This document shows, one piece after another, positions 10,209 through 20,207 of a DNA stretch of 64,000 bases. Position 1 is the stretch's first letter. The number at the start of each line of letters is the position of its first letter. The notes below the pieces were generated by a model. The model was not told the DNA's origin. It saw nothing but the letters and a program-made list of their open reading frames with translations, and did no database searches. The stretch lies in assembly GCA_019347715.1 (NCBI GenBank), contig JAHWKU010000002.1, positions 211,510-275,509 on the forward strand, written 5' to 3'. The translations under genes were made by a program, and so were the position numbers. This DNA comes from Actinomycetota bacterium. GTDB taxonomy: Bacteria; Actinomycetota; CADDZG01; JAHWKV01.

Positions 10209-11404
10209 ATCCGATTGATCTTGATGCGCTTCGCTTGGTGGAGCGCGAGAAGGGCATCTCTTTCGAGAGCGTCGTGTCTGCGCTCGAGCAGGCACTCGCC
10301 GCCGCCTACCGGCGAATGCCGGAGGCCGAGGGCGACGACGCGCGGGTTGAAATAGGCCGGCAGTCAGGCGATGTGAAGGTCTTTGCCCAAGAGGTTGAGG
10401 AGAACGAAGAGACCGAGGAGAGAACGGTCACGAAGGAGTGGGAGGTCTACCCTCAAGATTTTGGACGGATCGCCGCTCAGACTGCAAAGCAAGTGGTCCT
10501 TCAACGGCTCAGGGATGCCGAGCGTGAAGTCACTTATGGAGAGTATTCCGGCAGGGAAGGCGACATAGTCACTGCCATCGTTCAGCAAACGGATCCACGA
10601 TACGTGCTTCTCGATCTCGGCAAAGGAGTCGAGGCACTGTTGCCTCAAGCCGAACAGGTTCCAGGAGAGCGGTACGACCACGGCAGCAGGGTCAAGGCTT
10701 ACATCGTGGAAGTAAGGCGTTCCCCCCGGGGGCCGCAGATCATTTGCTCGCGCACGCACCCCAATCTGATCCGCAAACTGTTCGAGCTCGAGGTTCCGGA
10801 GATCGTCGACGAGATCGTCGAGATTCGCCAGGTTGCCAGAGAGCCGGGACACCGCTCCAAGATCGCCGTGGCCTCCAGTGACGCCAACGTCGATCCGCAG
10901 GGTGCCTGCATCGGGCCGAAGGGAGCGCGGGTCCGGGCCGTGATGAACGAGCTTCGAGGGGAGAAGATCGATATCGTCAAATGGGCGGAGGATCCGGCCG
11001 ATTTCGTCGGCCAGGCGCTTTCACCCGCAAAGGCGAACTCGGTACGTATCGACCCCGAGACCCAGACGGCGGAGGTCATCGTGCCGGACTTCCAGCTTTC
11101 GCTGGCCATTGGAAAAGAGGGTCAAAACGCCCGCCTGGCGGCCCGTTTGACGGGCTGGCGGATCGACATCAAGAGCGAGACTCAGGCAGAGCAGGAATCC
11201 GCGCGGAAGGCCGCAGCAAGAGCCGCGGCAGAGGCGACTGCGAAGCCACCTGCGGCCACCACCGAAGAGTCACCTGCGGCCACCACCGAAGAGTCACCTG
11301 CGGCCACCACCGAAGAGTCACCTGCGGCCACAACCGAAGAGCCACCTGCGGCCACAACCGAAGAGCCAGCTGCCGCGCCGGCAATCTCGGAAGAGTCTTC
11401 TTAG
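10205..11404 (+). CDS. nusA: Transcription factor NusA
   Basis: FGRIAAQTAKQV, AREPGHRSKIAV, SLAIGKEGQNARLAARLTGWRIDIK. Confidence 0.97.
   Translation: MNPIDLDALRLVEREKGISFESVVSALEQALAAAYRRMPEAEGDDARVEIGRQSGDVKVFAQEVEENEETEERTVTKEWEVYPQDFGRIAAQTAKQVVLQRLRDAEREVTYGEYSGREGDIVTAIVQQTDPRYVLLDLGKGVEALLPQAEQVPGERYDHGSRVKAYIVEVRRSPRGPQIICSRTHPNLIRKLFELEVPEIVDEIVEIRQVAREPGHRSKIAVASSDANVDPQGACIGPKGARVRAVMNELRGEKIDIVKWAEDPADFVGQALSPAKANSVRIDPETQTAEVIVPDFQLSLAIGKEGQNARLAARLTGWRIDIKSETQAEQESARKAAARAAAEATAKPPAATTEESPAATTEESPAATTEESPAATTEEPPAATTEEPAAAPAISEESS
11247..11366 (+). repeat. 24-bp tandem repeat x5 encoding PAATTEE(S/P) in the NusA tail
   Basis: CACCTGCGGCCAC(C/A)ACCGAAGAG(T/C) repeated five times. 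Confidence 0.95.
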
Positions 11405-11456
11405 CCTTCCGCCTTTTTATCCTGCCTGCCGCCTGCGTGGGATATCTTTAATGCCC

Positions 11457-13538
11457 ATGGCAAAGATGCGCGTACACGAATTGGCCAAGGAGCTGGGACT
11501 CAGCTCCAAAGAGGCCATAGCCAAGCTGGCTGAACTGGGAGTGGAGGTAAAGAGCCACTCCTCTTCGGTGAGCGAGGCCGAGGCAGACCGTCTGCGGTCA
11601 ACACTGAACGGCGGCGCACCCGCGCCGGCTCCCGCTGCGAAACCTGCGGCACCGCCGCCGGAGCCTAAGAGAGTGCCAGAGGCCGAAGCGCCGCCTCCGG
11701 CACCAAAGAAAACCCCAGAGGCGGAAGCGCCACCCGAAGAACCGGCGGCCGTGGCCGAGCCTGGTCCGGCCGAGCCCGCTGTAGCCGAGGCCATCCACAT
11801 CTCGAGGGGAGCAACGGTTGAGGAGTTTTCCGGAAAGATTGGCCAGCCGCCCAACCAGGTGATCAAGACCCTGTTGTCGATGGGGACCATGAAGACCATC
11901 GCCCAATCGCTGACCGACGAGGAGATCGAACTTCTCGCAATGGAATTCGGCGCTTCTGTCGAGGTTGTGTCGCCAGAAGAGGATACGGAAGTCGAGATCG
12001 ATCTAACCGAAGCGGAGGATCCTTCAACCCTGCTTGCCAGGGCCCCTGTCGTGACGGTGATGGGCCACGTCGACCATGGAAAGAGCTCGATTCTCCAGCA
12101 CTTTCGCAAGCGGGAGATGCTCTCTTTCGAAGCTGGTGGAATCACTCAGGCCATCGGCGCCTATCAAGTTCATTCCAACGGCAAGGAAGTAACTTTCATC
12201 GACACGCCTGGTCATGAGGCTTTCACTCAGATGCGGGCCAGGGGAGCGCAAGTAACCGATCTGGCAGTGCTTGTTGTTGCGGCCGACGACGGGGTGCAGC
12301 CCCAGACGGTTGAAGCGCTGGATCACGCCAGAGCGGCCGGAGTCCCGGTATTGGTGGCGGTCAACAAGATCGATCGCCCTGAAGCCGATCCCACCCGGGT
12401 TCGACAGCAGCTGGCTGAGCTCGGGCTGCAGCCGGAAGAGTGGGGCGGTGACACCGTATACGTTGATGTTTCGGCCAAGAACGGCACGAACATGGATCAG
12501 CTGCTGGAGATGATTCATCTCATCGCCGAACTGCAAGAGCTGAAAGCCAATCCCAACACCTCAGCTCGAGGCGTCGCGATCGAGGCTCACCTCGACAAAG
12601 GGCGGGGGGCAGTCGCAACTCTCATCGTTCAAAGGGGGACCTTGAAGGTCGGGGACCCAGTGGTTTGCGGAAGCGCATGGTGCCGGGTTCGGGCATTGAC
12701 CGACGAGAACGCTCAGCACGTCGAATCCGTTGGCCCATCCGATCCGGTGCAGGTAACTGGATGGTCCAAGGTGCCCCAAGCCGGAGACGACTTCAGAGTT
12801 GCGAAAGACGAACGGGAAGCAAAGCACATCGCCCAGGAAAGAGAAGCGAAGTTTCGGCAGGCCGAACTCGTTGCGGCATCCAAGCCGAGAACCCTCGCAG
12901 ACTTGTTGTCTCTCACCCAGACCGGCGAGATCCCGGGTCTCAACTTGGTCGTAAAAGCAGACACCCAGGGTTCCCTTGAGGCACTCATCGATACTCTGGA
13001 AAAGCTCGACCAGACGGAGGTAAGCATCAATATTCTGCGGCGCGGCGTTGGCGCGATCTCCGAGAACGATGTGACGCTGGCCGCAGCATCGGGGGCCATC
13101 GTGGTTGGTTTCAACGTCAGGGCCGACGCCAGCGCGAGGCAGCTGGCCGAGGCCGATGGAGTCGACGTGAGACCTTACGAGGTCATCTATCAGCTTCTGG
13201 AGGACATTGAGCAAGCCACTAAAGGCCTCCTTGCCCCAGAACAAAGGGAGGTCGTGCTGGGTTCGGCCGAAGTAAGAGCCCTCTTCCGCACTCCCCGCGG
13301 CGTGATCGCCGGCTGCTACGTCACGGAGGGACAGATCATTCGCGGGTCCAAGGCGAGGCTAATCCGGGAGGGTGCCATCGTATATACGGGGGACGTCTCA
13401 TCCCTGCGACGTTTTAGGGACGACGTGAGAGAAGTCGCTTCGGGCTTCGAATGCGGAGTCGGTATCGAGGGCTACAACGACATAAAGGAAGGCGACATCA
13501 TCGAAACCTTCGAGGTTCGAGAGGTCGCACGCACTTAG
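11457..13538 (+). CDS. infB: Translation initiation factor IF-2
   Basis: [38 protein letters not shown]. Confidence 0.97.
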   Translation: MAKMRVHELAKELGLSSKEAIAKLAELGVEVKSHSSSVSEAEADRLRSTLNGGAPAPAPAAKPAAPPPEPKRVPEAEAPPPAPKKTPEAEAPPEEPAAVAEPGPAEPAVAEAIHISRGATVEEFSGKIGQPPNQVIKTLLSMGTMKTIAQSLTDEEIELLAMEFGASVEVVSPEEDTEVEIDLTEAEDPSTLLARAPVVTVMGHVDHGKSSILQHFRKREMLSFEAGGITQAIGAYQVHSNGKEVTFIDTPGHEAFTQMRARGAQVTDLAVLVVAADDGVQPQTVEALDHARAAGVPVLVAVNKIDRPEADPTRVRQQLAELGLQPEEWGGDTVYVDVSAKNGTNMDQLLEMIHLIAELQELKANPNTSARGVAIEAHLDKGRGAVATLIVQRGTLKVGDPVVCGSAWCRVRALTDENAQHVESVGPSDPVQVTGWSKVPQAGDDFRVAKDEREAKHIAQEREAKFRQAELVAASKPRTLADLLSLTQTGEIPGLNLVVKADTQGSLEALIDTLEKLDQTEVSINILRRGVGAISENDVTLAAASGAIVVGFNVRADASARQLAEADGVDVRPYEVIYQLLEDIEQATKGLLAPEQREVVLGSAEVRALFRTPRGVIAGCYVTEGQIIRGSKARLIREGAIVYTGDVSSLRRFRDDVREVASGFECGVGIEGYNDIKEGDIIETFEVREVART

Positions 13539-13557
13539 TGGGCATTAGCCCAACACC

Positions 13558-13851
13558 ATGTTTATAGGAATAGCCCGTTACGATTTTATTGTTCGAGACT
13601 CGACCTCACTGAAGGACAAGCGGAAAGTCGTAAGAAGCATCGTCGGCACACTGAGGTCGAAGTTCAACGCTTCTATTGCGGAGGTGGACCACGTGGATCT
13701 ACGTCAAAGAGGAGCAATCGGAGTTTCCTGTACTTCCAATTCGGCATTCCATGCCAAGAAGATGCTGATGGAAATGGAGCGTGTGCTGCGCAATCAGTAC
13801 TCGATCGAAATTCTCGATGTTCTGACGGAGGTGGTGACTCCCGATGCCTAA
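13558..13851 (+). CDS. DUF503 (YlxP-like) protein
   Basis: SLKDKRKVV...KFNASIAEV; conserved position between infB and rbfA. Confidence 0.88.
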   Translation: MFIGIARYDFIVRDSTSLKDKRKVVRSIVGTLRSKFNASIAEVDHVDLRQRGAIGVSCTSNSAFHAKKMLMEMERVLRNQYSIEILDVLTEVVTPDA

Positions 13852-14263
13852 GACCTATCCGCGCGGGGACCGAGTCGAGGAGCAGGTACGGCATGTTCTG
13901 TCGGAGGCCGTTGCAGAATTGAAGGATCCACGAGTTGGATTCGTCACTATTACCGCCGTAAAGGTGACTCCAGATCTGAGACACGCCAAGGTATTCGTGA
14001 GTGCGCTCGGATCGAGGGACCAGAGAGATGCTTCGATCGAAGCGGTCCGTCACGCCGCTCCGCATCTCCGTTCGGTCCTGGGTCGGGAGGTCAGACTCAA
14101 GTACCTGCCCTTCTTGGAGATCGTCGAAGACACCACCGCAGATCAGGGAGAGCGGATCGAGTCTCTGCTTCGCGAGGTAGGGGTCTCGAAGCCCCCATCA
14201 GTCGAGAAGCTCGATGATGCGGGCGAACTAGAAGAAAGCGATGAGGCCGACGAGACTTCATGA
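13844..14263 (+). CDS. rbfA: Ribosome-binding factor A
   Basis: LKDPRVGFVTITAVKVTPDLRHAKVF. Confidence 0.95.
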   Translation: MPKTYPRGDRVEEQVRHVLSEAVAELKDPRVGFVTITAVKVTPDLRHAKVFVSALGSRDQRDASIEAVRHAAPHLRSVLGREVRLKYLPFLEIVEDTTADQGERIESLLREVGVSKPPSVEKLDDAGELEESDEADETS

Positions 14264-15222
14264 TCGAAGAATCCGAGTGGAAAGAGGCTGCCAAGGCCCT
14301 GAGTGCAGCGGACGAGGTGGTAGTTGCCTGTCACGTAGCCCCCGACGGGGACGCGCTCGGATCCATGCTCGGTCTCACGAGCTTTCTAGAAAGGCAGGGC
14401 AAGAAGGTCTGGCGGACCTGGGGATCGGGCAAGATTCAAATCCCGCCCCAGTATTTGAGCCTGCCCGGCATCGATTCGATCGTTAATTTCGCAGAAACCC
14501 CAGAGACGCCGGAGGTCTTCGTTGCTATCGACTGCGGGGACCTTCGACGGCTGGAGCTGGTGACCGAACGATTTCTTGGCGCCGGCCTCAAGATCAACAT
14601 AGACCATCACATCTCCAACGATCGCTTCGGGGACATCAACTTGGTCGATCCGAATGCGGCATCGTCATCGGAGGTCGCATACGAACTCATCACGAGGATG
14701 GGTGGAATTCCCGATCGCAATGAGGCTACGTGCTTCTACACGGGCATCGTTACCGACACCGGTCGCTTCCAGTACTCCAACGCTTCGGTCGGGACCCTTC
14801 GGACCGCTGCGGCACTGCGAGAGCTTGGCGTAGATCACGAGCGCGTTGCGATCGATATATTCGAATCCTCATCGTTCGACTATCTGCACGTTCTCGGCAT
14901 TGTCCTCTCGCGCGCCCGCTTGGAAGATGGGATGGTATGGAGCTACCTGGATCAGCAGGACCTGGGGGGAGTTACCCTCGATGAGACCGAGGACTTCATC
15001 GACGTGCTGCGCTCGGTGAGAGAGAGCAAGCTCGCCGTCCTGTTGAAGCAGCTGCCAGACCGAAGCTACAAGGTCTCTCTGCGCTCCCGAGGCGATGTGG
15101 ATGTCTCCGAAATCGCTGCAGCGTTTGGCGGCGGCGGACACAAGAGAGCTGCAGGTTTGAAACTGAGGGGAAAGCCCGAAGAGGTGGTTGCGGCGATCAA
15201 GCAGCATCTGACGTCCGATTGA
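14260..15222 (+). CDS. nrnA: DHH-family oligoribonuclease / PAP phosphatase
   Basis: HVAPDGDALGS, IDHH, TDTGRF, GGGGHKRAAG. Confidence 0.9.
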   Translation: MIEESEWKEAAKALSAADEVVVACHVAPDGDALGSMLGLTSFLERQGKKVWRTWGSGKIQIPPQYLSLPGIDSIVNFAETPETPEVFVAIDCGDLRRLELVTERFLGAGLKINIDHHISNDRFGDINLVDPNAASSSEVAYELITRMGGIPDRNEATCFYTGIVTDTGRFQYSNASVGTLRTAAALRELGVDHERVAIDIFESSSFDYLHVLGIVLSRARLEDGMVWSYLDQQDLGGVTLDETEDFIDVLRSVRESKLAVLLKQLPDRSYKVSLRSRGDVDVSEIAAAFGGGGHKRAAGLKLRGKPEEVVAAIKQHLTSD

Positions 15223-15225
15223 TGA

Positions 15226-16182
15226 ATGGATGAACCGTTAGGGGTACTCGTTGTTGACAAGCCCGAGGGCCCAACTTCCCACGATGTAGTCGACCACATA
15301 AGGCACCTGTACGGCATCAAGCGTGTTGGTCATGCCGGAACATTGGATCCGCCCGCGAGCGGTGTTCTAGTCATGGGATTGGGGAAAGCCACGAGGCTGT
15401 TGAACTTCCTGCAGGGCCTCCCGAAACGCTACCTGGGAAGAGTACGTTTGGGAGTTTCCACGACAACGCAGGACGCGACGGGGCAAACCGTCAGCGAAGA
15501 GAGATGTTCGTTCACTGCCGAGGATCTTCTCCGGGTTGCGGAAGGTTTCGTTGGTGAGATTGCACAGACCCCTCCGATGGTCTCGGCGGTGCGAGTCGAA
15601 GGTAAGAAGCTCTACGAGTCTGCGAGGCGCGGCGAGGAAGTGGACCGACAGCCCCGAAAGGTGAGGATCTATGCCCTCGAGGTGACAGACATCGACCTCG
15701 ATAAATGGGAAGCGTCGATCGAGGTCCTCTGCTCCAGTGGAACTTACGTAAGAACCATTGCGGCCGATATCGGCGAGAAGCTCAATTGCGGGGCTCATCT
15801 CTCATCGCTAAGGCGAACCGCGGTCGGGTCCTTCATTGAGGCTGAGGCGGTCACTCTGGAGTCACTTTCAGCAATGGACGAAGGGGAACGAATGGCTCAG
15901 ATCATCGACCCCGCGATGGCCATGCGCGATTTTCCGGTCGTGGAGGTTTCCGACGAGCTGGAGACCGCCGTGCGACACGGCAGGGCTCTCGATACAGATG
16001 TCTTGCCGGCCAGGGGCGGTGAGCTCCCAATGGTCCTGGAGAGCCGCGGGGGTGATATCGCGCCCCACCAGGCCGGGATGACTGCCGGAATCCCGGTGGC
16101 GGTCGTCGATCGGAGCGGCAACCTGCTCGCCGTATATCGAAGAAGCCGTCAAGGACTGAAACCTGCAACGGTGCTCGTGTGA
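15226..16182 (+). CDS. truB: tRNA pseudouridine(55) synthase
   Basis: DKPEGPTSHDVV, GHAGTLDP, GTYVRT. Confidence 0.96.
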   Translation: MDEPLGVLVVDKPEGPTSHDVVDHIRHLYGIKRVGHAGTLDPPASGVLVMGLGKATRLLNFLQGLPKRYLGRVRLGVSTTTQDATGQTVSEERCSFTAEDLLRVAEGFVGEIAQTPPMVSAVRVEGKKLYESARRGEEVDRQPRKVRIYALEVTDIDLDKWEASIEVLCSSGTYVRTIAADIGEKLNCGAHLSSLRRTAVGSFIEAEAVTLESLSAMDEGERMAQIIDPAMAMRDFPVVEVSDELETAVRHGRALDTDVLPARGGELPMVLESRGGDIAPHQAGMTAGIPVAVVDRSGNLLAVYRRSRQGLKPATVLV

Positions 16183-17102
16183 AGGTTTACCGCGGGTTGG
16201 ATGAACTGCCTTCGCGCGGTGTCGAAACTGCAGTGACCATCGGAAACTTCGACGGAGTTCACCGCGGTCATCTGAAAGTCATAGACAAGTTGAGGGATCA
16301 GGCGCTCAGGAAAGATGCCTTACCGGCCGCGATCACGTTCGACCCGCATCCACAGAAGCTGTTTAGAGGTGAAGCTCCGCCTGCTCTCGTCAGCCAAGAG
16401 CGGAAGCTCGAGCTCATGGATGAGGCCGGGATCGAGCGGGTTTTGATCCTGAAGTTCGATCGGAAGCTGTCTCTGGTCGAACCAGAGGACTTTATCGAGC
16501 AGGTGCTGGTGAAAGAGATGAAGGCTAAGGCGGTAGTGGTTGGGACTGCATTTCGGTTTGGCCATAAAGCCCGCGGCGACGTCACGATGCTGAGGACCTA
16601 CGGCCGCAGGCTCGGGTTCTCATTCGAAGGGGTACGCCTCGCCAAGCTCGGCGGGAAGTCCGTCTCCAGTACCGAGGTTCGTCACGCCATCGCTCATGGG
16701 GATGTCGAGTGGGCGGCGCGAGCCCTCGGCCGGCCGCATGCGATTGGGGGACGCATCGTCAAAGGAAAGAAGAGGGGCAAAGGGCTCGGTTTTCCTACGG
16801 CCAACCTCGCCCCCGAGCCGGGAATCTGTCTTCCCGGCATCGGCATCTATGCGGGGCGGGTGATAGTCGAGGGCGAGAAAATGACCGCGGCGCTGAGCGT
16901 AGGGACCAGCCCAACTTTCGGCGAGGGGCACCCTCTTAGCATCGAAGCGCACATCCTCGACTTCGACGGCGACCTTTACGGCATTCAGGTGCAGTTCGAG
17001 TTTCTTCGCCACCTGAGAGGCGAGAAGACATTCGACTCGCCTGAGGCACTCTCCGCTCAGATCGAACGGGACGTGGCACTGACCCGAGAGTTGATCCGGT
17101 GA
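16179..17102 (+). CDS. ribF: Bifunctional riboflavin kinase / FAD synthetase
   Basis: GNFDGVHRGH, SSTEVR, LGFPTAN. Confidence 0.96.
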   Translation: MKVYRGLDELPSRGVETAVTIGNFDGVHRGHLKVIDKLRDQALRKDALPAAITFDPHPQKLFRGEAPPALVSQERKLELMDEAGIERVLILKFDRKLSLVEPEDFIEQVLVKEMKAKAVVVGTAFRFGHKARGDVTMLRTYGRRLGFSFEGVRLAKLGGKSVSSTEVRHAIAHGDVEWAARALGRPHAIGGRIVKGKKRGKGLGFPTANLAPEPGICLPGIGIYAGRVIVEGEKMTAALSVGTSPTFGEGHPLSIEAHILDFDGDLYGIQVQFEFLRHLRGEKTFDSPEALSAQIERDVALTRELIR

Positions 17103-17374
17103 TTTCCGTTGAGATTCAAGGCAGTGAGGGCAAGGTGCCGATACAAAGGGGAGTCCAGGGAGGGAACTTGTACCGTAACTGTCCTAGTTGTGAATCGAAG
17201 AACGTGGTCATCTACGAGCGCGGGGAGGATGACTCCTACTGCCTGGACTGCTCGTTTACCTGGCGGCAGTCTGAAAATTACATAACCGTCTCACGGCAGG
17301 TCCTCGAGGAGATCGTCGGCCTAAAGGATGAAAAAGAGCCCGAGCCTGAGACTGAGGCCACCGAGGCCAAATAG
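17099..17374 (+). CDS. Small zinc-ribbon protein
   Basis: CPSC...CLDC; GTGA overlap with the ribF stop. Confidence 0.65.
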   Translation: MISVEIQGSEGKVPIQRGVQGGNLYRNCPSCESKNVVIYERGEDDSYCLDCSFTWRQSENYITVSRQVLEEIVGLKDEKEPEPETEATEAK

Positions 17375-17470
17375 GAGGGCCGACACCCAGCGAGGTCCCG
17401 ATTTTGGGGAGTGAGTGGGTGTCGCGCCGAGCCCCCGTGGTAGCATTTCTGAGATTAACTTCTCTTAACT

Positions 17471-17740
17471 ATGGCAGTCGAATCCGAACGCAAAGCTCAG
17501 ATCATCGCGGATAACGCCAGAGGCGACCGCGATACCGGCTCTCCCGAAGTCCAGGTGGCCATCCTCAACGCGCGCATAAAGGAGATCAACGAGCATCTCA
17601 ACATGCACAAGGCGGATCACGCCTCCAGGCGTGGCCTGCTGCAGTTGAGAGGCAAGCAGAGACGCCTGCTGGAGTATCTGCGCAAGGAAGACATAGAAAG
17701 ATACCGGGCCCTCATCGAAAAGCTGGGGATCCGCCGCTAG
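17471..17740 (+). CDS. rpsO: 30S ribosomal protein S15
   Basis: [21 protein letters not shown]. Confidence 0.97.
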   Translation: MAVESERKAQIIADNARGDRDTGSPEVQVAILNARIKEINEHLNMHKADHASRRGLLQLRGKQRRLLEYLRKEDIERYRALIEKLGIRR

Positions 17741-17773
17741 AGAAGATCGAAAGGAGAAAACTAGAGTTCAAGA

Positions 17774-17857
17774 GGAGGTCCTGTCAGTTATCAGTTGCGA
17801 GTGCTTTTGGCAACGTGAGCCCTCACCACTGAGAACTGACGCCAATCGGCGGCCTCC
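17774..17857 (+). ncRNA. pnp leader stem-loop (Actino-pnp-like, putative RNase III site)
   Basis: GGAGGTC/GGCCTCC and GTCAGTTATCAGT/ACTGAGAACTGAC form a long stem between rpsO and pnp. Confidence 0.7.
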
Positions 17858-17877
17858 GAAATTACTAGGAGGTTGAA

Positions 17878-20202
17878 ATGGAATACACGTCTCATTCTGT
17901 CGAGCGCAAGATTGGAGAAGCGCTCTTCCGGTACGAAACTGGCAAATATGCCAGCCAGGCCGACGGAGCCGTCATGGCGCAAGTCGGCGAAAGCGCGGTG
18001 TTGGTAACCGCTACTGCGTCGAAGAAGCCAAGGGAAGGCACAGACTTTCTTCCGCTTACCATCGACGTCGAAGAGCGGATGTATGCCGCAGGCAAGATCC
18101 CAGGCGGATGGTTCCGCCGGGAGGGGAGAGCCGGAGAGAAGGCCACCCTCACCGCTCGGTTGATCGATCGTCCTCTTCGTCCGTGCTTTCCCGATGGATT
18201 TCGAAACGACGTTCACGTCGTGGCCATCATCAAGTCAGCGGATCTGATCAATCAGACCGACATAGCCGCGATCAACGGAGCATCGACGGCGCTGATGCTT
18301 TCCGGCATCCCGTTTGAAGGGCCCGTCGGTGCGGTTCGCCTTGCCCACATCAACGGTTCATGGGTCGCCAACCCCACTTTCCAGCAGGTCGAAGAAGCAA
18401 CCTTCGAGATGATTGTCGTCGGCCGAAGCGATGGAAAGGGCGGAGCAGACGTCCTCATGGTAGAGGCAGGCGCGACTGAGAAGGCATTCGAGATGATCGA
18501 TCGCGGTGCCCCCGAGGTAACCGAGGCGGTAGCCGGGCAAGGTCTGGAGGAATCGAAGCAGTGGATCCTCGAAGCCATCTCGGTACAGGAGGAACTAGTT
18601 CGCGAAGCGGGGGTCAAGGAGAATCGAAAGACATTCCCTCTTCAAAAGGACTACGGCGACGACGTCTTCGCCAGAGTATCTGAACTTGCAAAGGACCGGC
18701 TTCCCCAAGCGATCGCCGTGCAGGACAAGCAGGAGCGCGAGTTCGCTCTCGACGAGATCTCGGACTGGCTGGATGAAAAGCTGGGTGAAGAGTTTCCCGA
18801 TCGCGAGGTCGAAGTTCACGCCGCCTTCGGCTCGTACATCAAGAAGGTCATGCGGGCGAAAGTCATCGATGAGGGCATACGGCTTGACGGCCGTGGACCC
18901 AAGGACATCCGTCCGATCTCGGCCGAGGTCTCGCTGCTACCGAGGGTGCACGGAAGCGGACTTTTCAACCGTGGCCAGACCCAGGTCTTATCCGCGTGCA
19001 CGCTGGGGATGCTCAAGATGGAGCAGATCCTCGACGACATCGGAATAGCCGAGTCAAAACGGTACATGCATCATTACAACGACCCGCCGTTCTCCTATGG
19101 AGAGGCGCGTTTCATGAGGGGGCCGGGACGCAGAGCGATCGGCCATGGAGCTTTGGCCGAAAAAGCGCTTTTGCCGGTCATCCCTTCTGAAGACGACTTC
19201 CCATACGCGATCCGGATTGTCAGCGAGGTTCTTTCTTCCAACGGATCCACTTCGATGGCGAGTGTGTGCGGTTCGACACTGTGTCTTATGGATGCGGGCG
19301 TGCCCGTCCGGGCCCCGGTTGGGGGCATCGCGATGGGGCTCATCAACGAGGGTGACAAGTTCATCACGCTCACCGACATCATCGGCGCAGAGGATGCTCT
19401 CGGCGACATGGACTTCAAGGTGGCGGGAACCGAAACGATGATCACCGCTCTGCAGCTCGACACCAAGATCTCGGGCGTCCCATCGGAGGTCCTATCCGCC
19501 GCTTTGGAACAGGCTAAGGAAGCCAGGCTATTCATCCTTCAGAGGATGGCCGAGAGCCTGCCGGGTCCACGTCCCGAGCTGAATGCGAACGCACCAAGGA
19601 TCATCGCTTTCAAGATCCCGATCGACAAGATCGGTGAGGTGATAGGTCCCAAGGGCAAGAGGATCAACGAAATCATCGCCGAAACCGGAGTTGAGATCGA
19701 CATCGAGGACGATGGAACGGTACGCATCGGAGCAAGAGAGGGTGGCCCGGCCGACGACGCGAAGCGCAGGATCGAGGAGATCGCCAATCCCAAGATGCCC
19801 GAGATCGGGGAGCGCTTCAACGGCAAGGTCGTGAAGATCGCTGCGTTTGGAGCTTTCGTCAACATCACCCCTGCGAAGGATGGCCTGGTTCATATCTCCA
19901 AGCTCGGTGGCGACATCCGTATCGCTCGAGTCGAAGACGTTCTTGCCGAAGGCGATGAGCTGGAGGTTGAGGTCGTCGATATCGACCCGATGGGCAAGAT
20001 CTCGCTGGTGCCGGTAAATCCGCCACCGCGAGTCGCCGAACTTCCGCCGGACTATGAGGCCAAAAACCGAGATCGAGGCGATAGAGGCCGTGACGGAAGA
20101 GATCGCGGCCGGGGTGAGCGTGGAGACAGAGATCGGGGAGACAGAGGTCGTCGCGACGGCAGACCGGGCAGGCCGCGTCATCGCGATCAGCCCGAGGGCT
20201 GA
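17878..20202 (+). CDS. pnp: Polyribonucleotide nucleotidyltransferase
   Basis: DFLPLTIDVEER, SNGSTSMAS, GDMDFKVAG, KH and S1 domains, RG/RD-rich tail. Confidence 0.97.
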   Translation: MEYTSHSVERKIGEALFRYETGKYASQADGAVMAQVGESAVLVTATASKKPREGTDFLPLTIDVEERMYAAGKIPGGWFRREGRAGEKATLTARLIDRPLRPCFPDGFRNDVHVVAIIKSADLINQTDIAAINGASTALMLSGIPFEGPVGAVRLAHINGSWVANPTFQQVEEATFEMIVVGRSDGKGGADVLMVEAGATEKAFEMIDRGAPEVTEAVAGQGLEESKQWILEAISVQEELVREAGVKENRKTFPLQKDYGDDVFARVSELAKDRLPQAIAVQDKQEREFALDEISDWLDEKLGEEFPDREVEVHAAFGSYIKKVMRAKVIDEGIRLDGRGPKDIRPISAEVSLLPRVHGSGLFNRGQTQVLSACTLGMLKMEQILDDIGIAESKRYMHHYNDPPFSYGEARFMRGPGRRAIGHGALAEKALLPVIPSEDDFPYAIRIVSEVLSSNGSTSMASVCGSTLCLMDAGVPVRAPVGGIAMGLINEGDKFITLTDIIGAEDALGDMDFKVAGTETMITALQLDTKISGVPSEVLSAALEQAKEARLFILQRMAESLPGPRPELNANAPRIIAFKIPIDKIGEVIGPKGKRINEIIAETGVEIDIEDDGTVRIGAREGGPADDAKRRIEEIANPKMPEIGERFNGKVVKIAAFGAFVNITPAKDGLVHISKLGGDIRIARVEDVLAEGDELEVEVVDIDPMGKISLVPVNPPPRVAELPPDYEAKNRDRGDRGRDGRDRGRGERGDRDRGDRGRRDGRPGRPRHRDQPEG

Positions 20203-20207
20203 GCTCT

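Noticed and set aside
11247-11366. CRISPR array
   Set aside because: Repeats are contiguous, in-frame and have no spacers; no cas genes in the window
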